Shown here: positions 27,254-36,375 of the stretch, in pieces
How the letters are laid out: every line of letters begins with the position of its first letter
Position numbering within the stretch: position 1 is the stretch's first letter
Source of the DNA: Candidatus Peribacteraceae bacterium
GTDB taxonomy: Bacteria > Patescibacteriota > Gracilibacteria > Peribacterales > Peribacteraceae
Assembly (NCBI GenBank): GCA_040081825.1
Contig: JBEBFT010000003.1
Span: forward strand, 17,204-81,203
DNA length: 64,000 nt
Reading direction: 5' to 3'
Program-made: the position numbers and the translations under genes
The notes under the pieces: generated by a model
Told to the model about the DNA's origin: nothing
The model's database searches: none
What the model saw: only the letters and a program-made list of their open reading frames with translations

Positions 27254-27931
27254 TTATTTCTTCTTTTCCTCTTTAGGAGCGTCTGCAGCAGGCGCAGCGC
27301 CAGCAGCTGGAGCGGCTCCTTCAGCAGGAGTGGCACCTGCAACGGCAGCAGCATCAGCGACAACTACTACCTCTTCCTTGCGTGGCTCTTGGATTGTCAC
27401 GAGCACTGTTTCAGCACCTTCCTTAATCTCGACACCCTTTGGTACCGCCACCATCGCAACTGTGATGCTATCGTGGAAGTTTTCGAGTTTGGAGATATCG
27501 AGAACGAATGCTTCTGGGATATCACCAGGAAGACAAGATACTTCCAATTCATCATGCACAGTTAGGAGCACGCCTCCCAGACCCTTCACAGCTGGTGATT
27601 CACCGTGAATCACGATTGGCACGTGTGTGGTCACCTTCTTGGTCATATCGACGGCGTAGAAATCGATATGTTCGTATGCACTGGTCACAGGGTCCAATGC
27701 GACTGCATGGATCAGGCATGGCACCTTCTTCCCTGCGACATCTACTTCCACGATCGTGTTCTGACCTGCCTCAGCGAATGCTTTGTGAAACTCCTTGCCG
27801 TTGCACTGAATCTGCGTGTTTTCCATCTTGTTTCCGTACACGATGCACGGCACAACACCCCCTTTTCGGAGGTCATTTGGCTTCTTGGATACATCGCGAG
27901 CCTGTACAGAGAGTGTTACGGACTTCTTCAT
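27254..27931 (-). CDS. rplY: Ribosomal protein L25/Ctc with Ala/Pro/Lys tail
   Basis: LSVQARDVSKKPNDLRKGGVVPCIVYG and IDFYAVDM. Start at Met 27931; the longer ORF-track N-terminus is coded by a repeat. Confidence 0.85.
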   Translation of the reverse strand: MKKSVTLSVQARDVSKKPNDLRKGGVVPCIVYGNKMENTQIQCNGKEFHKAFAEAGQNTIVEVDVAGKKVPCLIHAVALDPVTSAYEHIDFYAVDMTKKVTTHVPIVIHGESPAVKGLGGVLLTVHDELEVSCLPGDIPEAFVLDISKLENFHDSITVAMVAVPKGVEIKEGAETVLVTIQEPRKEEVVVVADAAAVAGATPAEGAAPAAGAAPAADAPKEEKKK

Positions 27932-27983
27932 AGCCGGACGAGTGTAGGGGGCAGGCTGGCTTTGGTCAAGATTCAACGCACAA

Positions 27984-28060
27984 AGTAGATAGTGGTTAGT
28001 GGGTAGTTCACACATGCGTTTTCTCCGCACTAGCCCCTAACCACTACCTACTAGCCACTA
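27984..28060. repeat. Heptad palindrome, AGTGGNT family (copy a)
   Basis: Left arm AGTAGAT AGTGGTT AGTGGGT AGTTCAC, right arm ACTAGCC CCTAACC ACTACCT ACTAGCC ACTAT. The right arm supplies the last codons and the stop (..IVASR*) of the GT2 gene. Confidence 0.7.
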
Positions 28061-28898
28061 TTTTGGGTTTACCTGCCATCACCCCCCACTTCCAAAAATA
28101 CTTCACCGCACTTGCAATATGTGTGCGACCAACAGGGCTCATGACAAGCGACCATGGCCCACCTTCGCTGAGGCGACTTTTGCGATCGGTGCCCGTAATC
28201 GATGGTGCGTACACGACACGTTTGCCTGCTTGCCAGACACGACGACAGAGATCGATGTCCTCGAAGAAAAGGAAGAAGCGCGGATCGAACCCCCCGATCT
28301 CAGTGAACAGATCTTTGCGAATCATCAGACACCCACCTGCGATCCAGTCAGAGTCGCGTTCGGATTCTGGATCACGATCCATATCCAGATAGCGACGCAT
28401 GCGACTAGGGAACCAACGCTTCAAAAATGTTCGCTTGCTGATGACATCCAGAGGACGTGGGAACGCTCTGGATGATTCTCGTACTGAGCCATCGGGATGG
28501 ATGAGCTTTGGTGCGATGATGCCAATCATCGGATCTTCCTGCATTTTTTTGACCATCTTTTCGACGCCAGTTTGTTCCAGCATCTTCACAGGATTATTAA
28601 TGAGAATGAACTGGCCTCGCGCCTGACGGATGCCCTCGTCATATCCTGTTCCAAATCCGAGGTTTGCTCTCGTCTCGACGATACGAACTGGTAATCCACG
28701 CAGGTTCGCACGCAAAAAGCCGATCGATTCACTATCCGAGTGATTATCGATCACGATGATCTCCATGTGATCGGCAATGCTTTGCTTCAGTAGTTGCGTA
28801 GCGCTGGCAACTGTCGCTCGGTGGGAGCGAAAATTGAGAATGACGGCCGAAACGAGGGGCGAATGAATAATTGACAATTGATAATTGATAATGACCAC
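28044..28898 (-). CDS. Family-2 glycosyltransferase
   Basis: VSAVILNFRS, IVIDNHSDSES, FILINNPV and FFLFFEDIDLCRR. GTG start. The first 13 codons (MVIINYQLSIIHS) lie in an AT-rich heptad repeat. Confidence 0.78.
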   Translation of the reverse strand: MVIINYQLSIIHSPLVSAVILNFRSHRATVASATQLLKQSIADHMEIIVIDNHSDSESIGFLRANLRGLPVRIVETRANLGFGTGYDEGIRQARGQFILINNPVKMLEQTGVEKMVKKMQEDPMIGIIAPKLIHPDGSVRESSRAFPRPLDVISKRTFLKRWFPSRMRRYLDMDRDPESERDSDWIAGGCLMIRKDLFTEIGGFDPRFFLFFEDIDLCRRVWQAGKRVVYAPSITGTDRKSRLSEGGPWSLVMSPVGRTHIASAVKYFWKWGVMAGKPKIVASR

Positions 28899-28941
28899 AG
28901 CATAGTATCAATTATTCCATTATTCATTATCAATTATTCAT
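28862..28941. repeat. AT-rich heptad palindrome, AATTGAT/AATGAAT family (copy a)
   Basis: Left arm AATGAAT AATTGAC AATTGAT AATTGAT AATGACC (28862-28896), right arm ATCAATT ATTCCAT TATTCAT TATCAAT TATTCAT (28907-28941). It fills the whole GT2/uvrC divergent spacer. Confidence 0.7.
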
Positions 28942-28942
28942 T

Positions 28943-31255
28943 TTGTCTGAATCAAAAAATCTCCTCAGCAAGCGCGTTTCCAGGGTCACAACCGACTCTG
29001 GCGTCTACCGCTGGCTGGATAAGAAGGGAGAGGTGCTGTACGTCGGCAAGGCAAAGAACCTCCGCAAACGCATGCATACGTACGTCGCCGGAAAGGCGAA
29101 GAACTCTGCGTGGACCGAGATCATGGTCAGGCAGATCGCCGATTTCGAAGTGACGGTCGTCAAAAGCGAGCTCGAGGCATTTATGCTTGAGTCGAATCTG
29201 ATCAAGGAACTAAAACCTAAATACAACATCATGCTCAAGGACGACAAAGGGTACGTCTACGTGCGTGTCTCCACTCACGAGCGCTATCCGCGTGTGGAGA
29301 TCGTGCGACGAATTGGTACGGACAAGGCTCGGTACTTCGGACCCTTCACAACAGGCTCGCAGATTACGGAGCGAACTGTCGAGATGCTGGATTCCATCCT
29401 TCGCTTCCGTGCGTGTGGACAATCTCTGGATGCACTGAATACTGGAAAGACGCTCGCAGGCACACCCTGTCTCGATCATCAGATCGGTCGATGTATCGGT
29501 CTCTGCATCGGAAGTGTCTCGGAAGAGGAATACCTGCGTCGTATCAAAGCTGTCATCAGTTTTTTCCGCGGCAACTTGGCTGACGTGAAGCGCGAAACAG
29601 TGTTGGCGATGAAAGCAGCTGCGGAGGATAAGAAGTTTGAAAAGGCAGCGCGACTTCGCGATGCACTCAGTTTCATCGAGGATCTGGAGAAGCGGCAGTC
29701 GATTTCCGATACGTCTGGCGAGGACATCGATGTCTTCGGTCTCGCGGCACGCGCAGGCAAGTGGCAGGCAGTCGTCCTTCGCCAACGCGATGGCAGACTG
29801 ATTCAGGAGCTTTCCTTTGCGCTCCGCGGCGATGCTGAGACTGTCCCCGACGCTCTCTCGCAACTGATCGCACAGTTTTATACTGAAACAACTGATGTGC
29901 CGTCGATGCTTCTGATCGGCGAACCGATCCTTGACCAGGAAGTGCTGGAAGAGTGGCTGACTGGCATGAAGGGTACGGGAGTAAAGATCCGAGTACCCGA
30001 ACGTGGTCGCAAGTCTGCGCTGCTCACGATGGCTGAGAAGAATGCTGACGAAAAAGTGCAGCAACAGTTTGCCGCGTGGGAATCGGAAGCGAGGAAAGTC
30101 GAGGATGCGTTAGCGGGACTGACTAAAATTCTTTCACTCTCAGAAAAACCAAAACGTATTGAGGGTTATGACATCTCGCATCTCGGTGGGACTGCGACAG
30201 TTGGCAGCATGGTCGTGTTCGAGAACGGCAAACCAAAGCGCGAGCACTATCGCAGTTTCAATATCACGACAGTTCGCGAAGGTGACATCGATGATTACAA
30301 ATCGCTCGCCGAAGTATTAAGGCGACGTCTCAAGTATCTGACAGATGATCTGAAAACTCTTGAAGCGAAGTGGCAGGAGAAGGGCGTGACCATAGGCAAG
30401 GCGAAGAAGGCTGAGCAGCCTTTCATTGTCGATACGTCTACGAAGAATGAAGACACGATCAGTGCTGACAATATTTCGTACAAGGATTACCTCGTTGTCA
30501 GGGCTCAGGATCAGATTATTGGATTTGGTAGACTGTTTGCATACGACGGAGTCATGGCGCTTCGATCAGTATGGCTTGAAGAGAGATACAGAGGGCAGCA
30601 GCTCGGAGCCTTTCTCGTTCGGTCTCTTCTTGCGAAAGTAAAAAAGGGCAAGATCTATGTTCAGTCCATGCCATCGCTGGTCGAATGGTATCAGTCACTC
30701 GGCTTTCAGATCGTGCGGGAACCGCCTGAGGTGCTCAGAAAAAAAAGAGAGTTGTGGCAATCATCGCATCCGGATCAGATTGCCGGAGAGATCATGGTGT
30801 ACATCGTGCATAAGCAGAAACCCGAGGCGTCGTTTACGTCACACCCAGACCTTCTCCTGATCGACGGTGGAAAAGGTCAGCTCTCCGCGGTTGTCTCGGT
30901 GCTTGATGAGCTAGAAATGACGATCCCTGTCGCTGGACTCGCCAAGCGAGAGGAGGAAATCTTCCTGCCTGGGCAATCTCTTCCTGAGGTCGTTCCCAAA
31001 GATTCCGAAGCGCGATTCCTGCTCCAGCGTGTCCGTGACGAAGCGCATCGATTCGCAAACAGTAAACGCGAGAAGCGACTCGCCGCAGTCCTTACCCAGT
31101 CAGCAGTCGATGACATGGCTGGTATCGGAGACATCACAAAGGCAAAACTCGTCCAAAAATTCGGTTCGCTTGCCAAGGCGAAGAATGCGAGTGAGGAGCA
31201 GCTGGCGGAAGTGTTAACCGAGAGACAGTTGAAAGAGTTTCGCAAAAGTGATTAG
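28943..31255 (+). CDS. uvrC: Excinuclease ABC subunit C with an inserted GNAT-like domain
   Basis: GIY-YIG (GVYRWLDKKGEVLYVGKAKNLRKRM), UVR motif, IEGYDISHLGG, PDLLLIDGGKGQL and a C-terminal HhH. About 165 extra residues (aa 466-632) include RSVWLEERYRGQQLGAFLVRSLL. TTG start. Confidence 0.9.
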   Translation: MSESKNLLSKRVSRVTTDSGVYRWLDKKGEVLYVGKAKNLRKRMHTYVAGKAKNSAWTEIMVRQIADFEVTVVKSELEAFMLESNLIKELKPKYNIMLKDDKGYVYVRVSTHERYPRVEIVRRIGTDKARYFGPFTTGSQITERTVEMLDSILRFRACGQSLDALNTGKTLAGTPCLDHQIGRCIGLCIGSVSEEEYLRRIKAVISFFRGNLADVKRETVLAMKAAAEDKKFEKAARLRDALSFIEDLEKRQSISDTSGEDIDVFGLAARAGKWQAVVLRQRDGRLIQELSFALRGDAETVPDALSQLIAQFYTETTDVPSMLLIGEPILDQEVLEEWLTGMKGTGVKIRVPERGRKSALLTMAEKNADEKVQQQFAAWESEARKVEDALAGLTKILSLSEKPKRIEGYDISHLGGTATVGSMVVFENGKPKREHYRSFNITTVREGDIDDYKSLAEVLRRRLKYLTDDLKTLEAKWQEKGVTIGKAKKAEQPFIVDTSTKNEDTISADNISYKDYLVVRAQDQIIGFGRLFAYDGVMALRSVWLEERYRGQQLGAFLVRSLLAKVKKGKIYVQSMPSLVEWYQSLGFQIVREPPEVLRKKRELWQSSHPDQIAGEIMVYIVHKQKPEASFTSHPDLLLIDGGKGQLSAVVSVLDELEMTIPVAGLAKREEEIFLPGQSLPEVVPKDSEARFLLQRVRDEAHRFANSKREKRLAAVLTQSAVDDMAGIGDITKAKLVQKFGSLAKAKNASEEQLAEVLTERQLKEFRKSD

Positions 31256-31256
31256 T

Positions 31257-31273
31257 GCGGCTCTTCGAGCCGC
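31257..31273 (+). terminator. Hairpin 2 nt after the uvrC stop
   Basis: GCGGCTC-ttc-GAGCCGC. The same arm sequence recurs at 47739-47757. Confidence 0.5.
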
Positions 31274-31274
31274 T

Positions 31275-31321
31275 GGTGGTTAGTGACTAGTTTTCTCGCT
31301 AATCACTAGCCACTAAGCACT
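31275..31321. repeat. Heptad palindrome, AGTGGNT family (copy b)
   Basis: GGTGGTT AGTGACT AGT ... ACT AGCCACT AAGCACT. Confidence 0.6.
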
Positions 31322-31363
31322 CGTCTCTGTTATAGTTGCACCCTCATTTCCCAGACCCTTTCT

Positions 31364-31720
31364 ATGAAGAAACTCTCCCTTCTCCTCGGTACCGTTGGCG
31401 GCGCGCTCGCGGGATACGTTTTCTCTAACAAGAAACTTCGTTCCGAGCTCAGTAAAGCGAAGGACGCAACAGAGGCGGCACAGGTCCTGGGCAAGCATCT
31501 CTCCAAAGATGGTCAGACTGTTGCGAAGGAAGTAGGGGAGCTCGCTGAGCAGTACCATCTGGATGACAAGGTGGAGCAGGGCAAGACATTTGTGACCAAG
31601 TACTACAAGTCAGCCAAGGCAGAGGCTGAGAAGTTCCTGGGCAAGAAGGTAAAGGAGGCGACCACAGCGATCAAAAGTGCCAAGGGCAAGGTGGCGGGGA
31701 AGGTCAGGGGCAAGAAGTAG
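31364..31720 (+). CDS. YtxH-like small stress protein
   Basis: N-terminal helix LLLGTVGGALAGYVFS followed by a Lys/Ala/Glu-rich helical region. Confidence 0.5.
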   Translation: MKKLSLLLGTVGGALAGYVFSNKKLRSELSKAKDATEAAQVLGKHLSKDGQTVAKEVGELAEQYHLDDKVEQGKTFVTKYYKSAKAEAEKFLGKKVKEATTAIKSAKGKVAGKVRGKK

Positions 31721-31761
31721 TTTCCTTTCACAAGTACGTATCTGCTATTCGAGTGATCTCG

Positions 31762-32946
31762 CTACAGCAGGCGCTTGTGTCTTGATACTGCGCTACGGAT
31801 TCCTTCGGTTTCTGGAATGCCATAATATTCCAAGTAAGCGTAGAGAGCGTCAATTTCACTGCATTCATCTTTCATAACAAAAAAGTCCACATCTTTAGGC
31901 GATATCGTTTCTAATTTAAGCATCATTGATAGTAATTCTTTTATTACTGCTCTCATTTCCGCTCCCAACACAATAATGGGCAGTGACTTCATTTTTCTGC
32001 ACTGCAAAAGCGTTGCCGCTTCCCACATTTCATCCAAGGTTCCAAAACCTCCAGGGGCTACAAAGATTGCTGGATGCCTTTTATGTCTCTTCATGTGGGT
32101 ATCGTCCCCATTGTCCTGTGTAGTGCGTCCTATCGTAGGAGCAAGAAGTGCTAATTTTCTTGCGAAGAATGACTGCAATGTTAGGTTCAATTGTAGAAAT
32201 GGGTTGAAGGTTTGTTCGAATGGAAGATCGATGCGTATACCCATACTGTGAGTGCTACGAGCCACTGTATCGAGCTGAATTTTTGCGATACCGTCTCCCA
32301 ATTGCGCTTGCTCTTTCAGCTGTCTTATTCTTTCAATGCGACCCTCCATCGCACCTTTGTTTGCTGCCTCCATGATGCCCGGTCCCGCACCCGAATGTGC
32401 ACATTCCATTGTGCCGTCATCCTGCATCAATTCTTGAACGAGTGTTTTGTTCAGCCAACGAACTGCTTCGTATCTTGGGTCACCTTCGCGTGTTCGTGCA
32501 CTACCAAATGTTGTGATAGCGCCGCCGAAATGCTCAGGGAGTAGCTGCTGAGCTACGAAAATGTCTTGCATGTTTTTCAGCCCCTTTGGATCCTGCGCGA
32601 AACTTTGCCATCGTACTTGCTCACTCTGAATCTTCGTTCTTATTTCATCACAATACTCCAGAACTTGAACGGACATCGCATCATCAGTTATTTCCGCTGT
32701 TTCAGCCAACTCGTCGATGTCGGCAGAAGTAGGGTGAACGCCTTCATATGCGACCGAGCGATGCATGGTGAGCAGCGAAAGAGTTTCCGGCTCCATCTTC
32801 TTCCTATTATCACTATCGAGGAAATTGTGCTTCATTTGTGCAGTTTGCACTGCTAGTGCAATGATATTGTTGGTATGACCAGCGGTTCGTAGTTCGTTTA
32901 GAACGTACGAAGGCTGCTGCGGTGGTGAGATGGCTGGAGTTTCCAA
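31762..32946 (-). CDS. LOG-family (TIGR00730 Rossmann) protein with a long N-terminal extension
   Basis: ITTFGSARTREGDP, SGAGPGIMEAANKGA and FVAPGGFGTLDEMWEA. The C-terminal half of the gene is visibly AT-rich. Confidence 0.72.
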   Translation of the reverse strand: METPAISPPQQPSYVLNELRTAGHTNNIIALAVQTAQMKHNFLDSDNRKKMEPETLSLLTMHRSVAYEGVHPTSADIDELAETAEITDDAMSVQVLEYCDEIRTKIQSEQVRWQSFAQDPKGLKNMQDIFVAQQLLPEHFGGAITTFGSARTREGDPRYEAVRWLNKTLVQELMQDDGTMECAHSGAGPGIMEAANKGAMEGRIERIRQLKEQAQLGDGIAKIQLDTVARSTHSMGIRIDLPFEQTFNPFLQLNLTLQSFFARKLALLAPTIGRTTQDNGDDTHMKRHKRHPAIFVAPGGFGTLDEMWEAATLLQCRKMKSLPIIVLGAEMRAVIKELLSMMLKLETISPKDVDFFVMKDECSEIDALYAYLEYYGIPETEGIRSAVSRHKRLL

Positions 32947-33101
32947 AGTCCTTCATTTTCCTGATACTGAGTGCATTTGTCTAGTGACGAAACTGCGTCA
33001 ATTTTTTCTTGCCTTTTTTCTTCAAATCAATAGAATACTGGCGGGCTCGAGAAATCAGGGTGATGGGTTCCCCCGCACGGAACCTTCCTCCCCATTTTCC
33101 T

Positions 33102-34796
33102 ATGAAATCTCGATCCAAAAAATCACGCGGTCCGAAATACATTATCGTCACAGGAGGTGTTTGTAGTTCGCTTGGGAAGGGGATCGCAGCCGCATCGATC
33201 GGTGCAATCATGAAGGCAGCAGGCTTCAAAGTATTCGTGCAAAAGCTGGATCCCTACCTAAACGTCGATCCTGGAACCATGAGTCCATTTCAACATGGCG
33301 AGGTGTTCGTCACGGACGATGGAGCGGAGACCGATCTGGACCTCGGGCATTACGAGCGTTTCATTGATGAGCCGATGAGTAAGCTGAGCACGATCACGAC
33401 TGGAAAGATCTACACCGAGGTGCTCGCGAAGGAGAGAAAAGGAGATTTCCTCGGACGCACCATTCAGGTTGTGCCGCACATTACTGATGCCATCAAAGCA
33501 TCCATTACCGGGGCAGCGAAGAAGAGTGGTGCCGAGATCATGATGGTGGAAGTAGGTGGGACGGTCGGCGACATCGAAGGAGAGCCGTATCTGGAGGCGA
33601 TCAGGCAGCTACGTTCCGAGCTTGGATCCACGAATATTTTTCACGTGCATCTGACACTGCTTCCATTCCTCGCAGGTTCCAAAGAACTAAAGACAAAACC
33701 GACACAGCTCTCCGTTCGTGAACTTCGTCGTATCGGGCTGCACCCCGATATGATTCTGGCGCGTGCTGATCAGGATATTCCTGCCGATCTCCTCGATAAA
33801 ATCAGCAAGTTCTGCGACGTGAAGAGGGAAGCCGTGATTCCCGCGCCGACCGTAAAGTCTATCTACGATGTTCCGCTCAATTTCCAAGAGCACGGCATCG
33901 CGAAAGTCATCGGACAGTCACTCAGTCTCGGCAATCTGCGTCCGAATATGAAGGAGTGGGAAGAGGGCAGGAAGCGCTATACGAACGCAAAAAAGCCGAT
34001 CAAGATCGCTCTTGTTGGAAAGTATACGAACTTAGACGATGCGTACTTAAGCGTTATCGAATCCATCAAGTCTGCTGCAGTCTTCCATGGTAGGAAAGCA
34101 GAGATCGTCTGGGTGGATAGTGAGAAATTGGAAGACCCTTCGACTCGCTCCGCTCGCTCAGGGCAGCAGAGTCTAAAGGAGTGGGCGAAACTCAAGTCAG
34201 TCGCCGGCATCATCGTTCCGGGTGGGTTTGGAACACGAGGCATCGAGGGCAAGATCCTCGCTGCCAACTACGCACGTACGAAAAAAGTTCCATACCTCGG
34301 ACTCTGTCTCGGTTCGCAGTTACTCGCGATCGAATTTGCGCGTGATGCTCTCAAGAATCCAAAACTGACGAGCCAAGAGTTTGATGAAGCGGAAAAACTG
34401 ACCGACGCTGAATACATCGTGCATTTCCTTCCAGATCAACATAAAGGAAGGAGCAAGGGTGGCACGCTCAGGCTCGGTGCGTACCGTTGCAAAGTGAAGA
34501 AGGGGACGAAAGCGTACGCGGCATACAAGGAAGCAGGGCAATTACTGGCTGGCGATTTTGTTTCCGAGCGTCATCGACATCGCTACGAATTTAATAATAA
34601 ATTTAAGAAACGGCTGGAAGATGCGGGACTCGTCTTCTCTGGCGAGTGGCTTGAGTCGGGGCTCATGGAGATTGTCGAAATAAAAGATCATCCCTTTATG
34701 GTGGGGTCGCAGTTTCATCCGGAGTTTAAGAGCAGGCCGCATCGCCCACAGGCGCTCTTTGCTGGGTTTATGAAAGTAGCTGCGAAAAATAAATAA
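33102..34796 (+). CDS. pyrG: CTP synthase
   Basis: [58 protein letters not shown] and HRHRYEFN. Start at ATG 33102. Confidence 0.95.
   Translation: MKSRSKKSRGPKYIIVTGGVCSSLGKGIAAASIGAIMKAAGFKVFVQKLDPYLNVDPGTMSPFQHGEVFVTDDGAETDLDLGHYERFIDEPMSKLSTITTGKIYTEVLAKERKGDFLGRTIQVVPHITDAIKASITGAAKKSGAEIMMVEVGGTVGDIEGEPYLEAIRQLRSELGSTNIFHVHLTLLPFLAGSKELKTKPTQLSVRELRRIGLHPDMILARADQDIPADLLDKISKFCDVKREAVIPAPTVKSIYDVPLNFQEHGIAKVIGQSLSLGNLRPNMKEWEEGRKRYTNAKKPIKIALVGKYTNLDDAYLSVIESIKSAAVFHGRKAEIVWVDSEKLEDPSTRSARSGQQSLKEWAKLKSVAGIIVPGGFGTRGIEGKILAANYARTKKVPYLGLCLGSQLLAIEFARDALKNPKLTSQEFDEAEKLTDAEYIVHFLPDQHKGRSKGGTLRLGAYRCKVKKGTKAYAAYKEAGQLLAGDFVSERHRHRYEFNNKFKKRLEDAGLVFSGEWLESGLMEIVEIKDHPFMVGSQFHPEFKSRPHRPQALFAGFMKVAAKNK
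34136..34163 (+). repeat. 28-nt element inside pyrG shared with the tRNA-Glu(UUC) flank
   Basis: CCCTTCGACTCG-ctccg-CTCGCTCAGGG here, against CCCTTCGACTCG-tcgcttcgctc-CTCGCTCAGGG at 42779-42812. In pyrG it is read as PSTRSARSG. Confidence 0.55.
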
Positions 34797-34812
34797 TATT
34801 TGTAATCCGCAG

Positions 34813-35346
34813 CCGGCACGCCGCGTGCCGGATGACGATAAATAGATCAGACCCAGATTTCTAGTGGATCACAGACATCGAGAAAATGTAACGATGTCCA
34901 TGGCCAATCGGTGACTTCTCGAACGAGTTTATGTTTCATAGCATTGCCCTGAATATAGCCAACGACGCTACCTCTCTGTTTTGCATCTCGAATTCGTTCG
35001 TCATAAAATCCTGTCTGCCAGCCGATCGCGGGATCCATCCTTCGAAATTCTTTTGAACTGCACGATTTGAAACTCCGCATGAAGCTACTTAAACCCTTTG
35101 GGCCGGGAGAGAGAAGAAGATGCAGATGATTCGGAAGAATGCAAAAGGCATGAAGGAACGCTTTATGAATGTCCCTTGTCACGCGAAGATGATCGATGAG
35201 TCGTTCGGGGATGCTTTCGCGCGTACACCAACGAATGGAATCCTTTGTTTTTGTAATGACATGGAATAGCCCAAACTGTTGGTAGTGAATCTGCGGCATG
35301 AGGTTTGCGATTGTAGCATTAGTGGCACCGAGACGCGGCGTCTCGG
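34813..35346 (-). mobile_element. RAYT gene bracketed by two 19-nt palindromes (REPtron-like unit 1)
   Basis: CCGGCACGC-c-GCGTGCCGG (34813-34831) and CCGAGACGC-g-GCGTCTCGG (35328-35346) share the pattern CCGnnACGC-n-GCGTnnCGG, with compensated arm changes. Confidence 0.6.
34847..35299 (-). CDS. REP-associated tyrosine transposase (IS200-like HUH Y1 family)
   Basis: HUH motif LPNHLHLLLSP, WQTGFYDERI, and the catalytic-Tyr block VVGYIQGNAMKHKLV. Start at Met 35299. Confidence 0.75.
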   Translation of the reverse strand: MPQIHYQQFGLFHVITKTKDSIRWCTRESIPERLIDHLRVTRDIHKAFLHAFCILPNHLHLLLSPGPKGLSSFMRSFKSCSSKEFRRMDPAIGWQTGFYDERIRDAKQRGSVVGYIQGNAMKHKLVREVTDWPWTSLHFLDVCDPLEIWV

Positions 35347-35393
35347 CTGCGGGGAGCAAAAAAGAGGAGTAGCGTGAAGTTGCTGGATAATGT

Positions 35394-36338
35394 ATGATGA
35401 CGCCAATGACAACGAAGACTCAGATCGCCGGAGTCTCTCTCGACTCCTACGTTTTTAACGCTGCCGGACCGAAGGATGTCACACTCGATGAGCTCCGTAC
35501 GATTGGTGCATCGGGCTCTGCTGCCATCGTCATGAAGTCGTGCACGATCGAACCAAGACAAGGAAACGAGGAGCCACGGTACGTCGATGTTCCGCTTGGC
35601 TCCATCAACAGCATGGGACTGCCGAATCTGGGATACAAAGCATATTTGGACATGCTCGGGACACTGAAGTCAGAGTTTCGTACCAAGCCAATTGTCGCGA
35701 GTCTGGCAGGCATGTCTCCGGAGGACATTCCGGTACTGGTTGATGCATTTAACGCAAGCGCAGTCGATATTATCGAGCTCAACCTATCGTGTCCGAATCT
35801 GAAGGGTAAGCCACAAATCGCCTATGACTTCGAGATGACCGACAAAATTTTGAGCGATGTCACCAAGCATCTGAAAAAGCCGTTTGGTATCAAGCTACCA
35901 CCGTACTTAGACCCTGTGCACTGGGACACCGCAGCAGCGATCTTCAAAAAGTATCCGATCAACTTCCTCTGTTGCATCAATTCTGTTGGCAACACTCTGA
36001 TTATCGACGGAGAAACAGAGAAGCCACTCATCAAACCCAAAGGGGGATTCGGCGGACTGGGTGGAGACTTCATCAAGCCCGTAGCGCTCGCGAATGTTCG
36101 TGCCTTTAGCCAACTGCTTGGCGATCGTATGAGTATCGTTGGTGTTGGTGGTATCAAATCTGGCATGGACGCATTCGAGTTCCTGCTTGCGGGAGCAGAC
36201 TCCGTGCAGATTGGCACACAGTTCATGAAGGAGGGGCCCGGGTGCTTTGGTAGGATAGATGCTGAGCTTGCGCAGATAATGAAACGAAAGGGGTACAAAG
36301 AAATTTCATCCGCAAAAGGGCAATTAAAGGTACTCTGA
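35394..36338 (+). CDS. pyrD: Dihydroorotate dehydrogenase, class 1
   Basis: VFNAAGPKD, SINSMGLPN, IELNLSCPN, CINSVGN and GVGGI. Confidence 0.9.
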   Translation: MMTPMTTKTQIAGVSLDSYVFNAAGPKDVTLDELRTIGASGSAAIVMKSCTIEPRQGNEEPRYVDVPLGSINSMGLPNLGYKAYLDMLGTLKSEFRTKPIVASLAGMSPEDIPVLVDAFNASAVDIIELNLSCPNLKGKPQIAYDFEMTDKILSDVTKHLKKPFGIKLPPYLDPVHWDTAAAIFKKYPINFLCCINSVGNTLIIDGETEKPLIKPKGGFGGLGGDFIKPVALANVRAFSQLLGDRMSIVGVGGIKSGMDAFEFLLAGADSVQIGTQFMKEGPGCFGRIDAELAQIMKRKGYKEISSAKGQLKVL

Positions 36339-36342
36339 GCCC

Positions 36343-36371
36343 TTGACATTAGTTTAGACATGAACTAATAT
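36343..36371 (+). promoter_or_regulatory. Near-consensus sigma-70-type promoter
   Basis: TTGACA (36343-36348), exactly 17 nt, then TAATAT (36366-36371). Confidence 0.55.
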
Positions 36372-36375
36372 GAAG

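Noticed and set aside
29210-30064. 284-aa ORF antisense to uvrC, with similar antisense ORFs at 6975-7676, 35822-36361, 17432-17839 and 52505-52753
   Set aside because: All are embedded in well-supported genes on the other strand and have low-complexity, Arg/Ser/Cys-rich translations.
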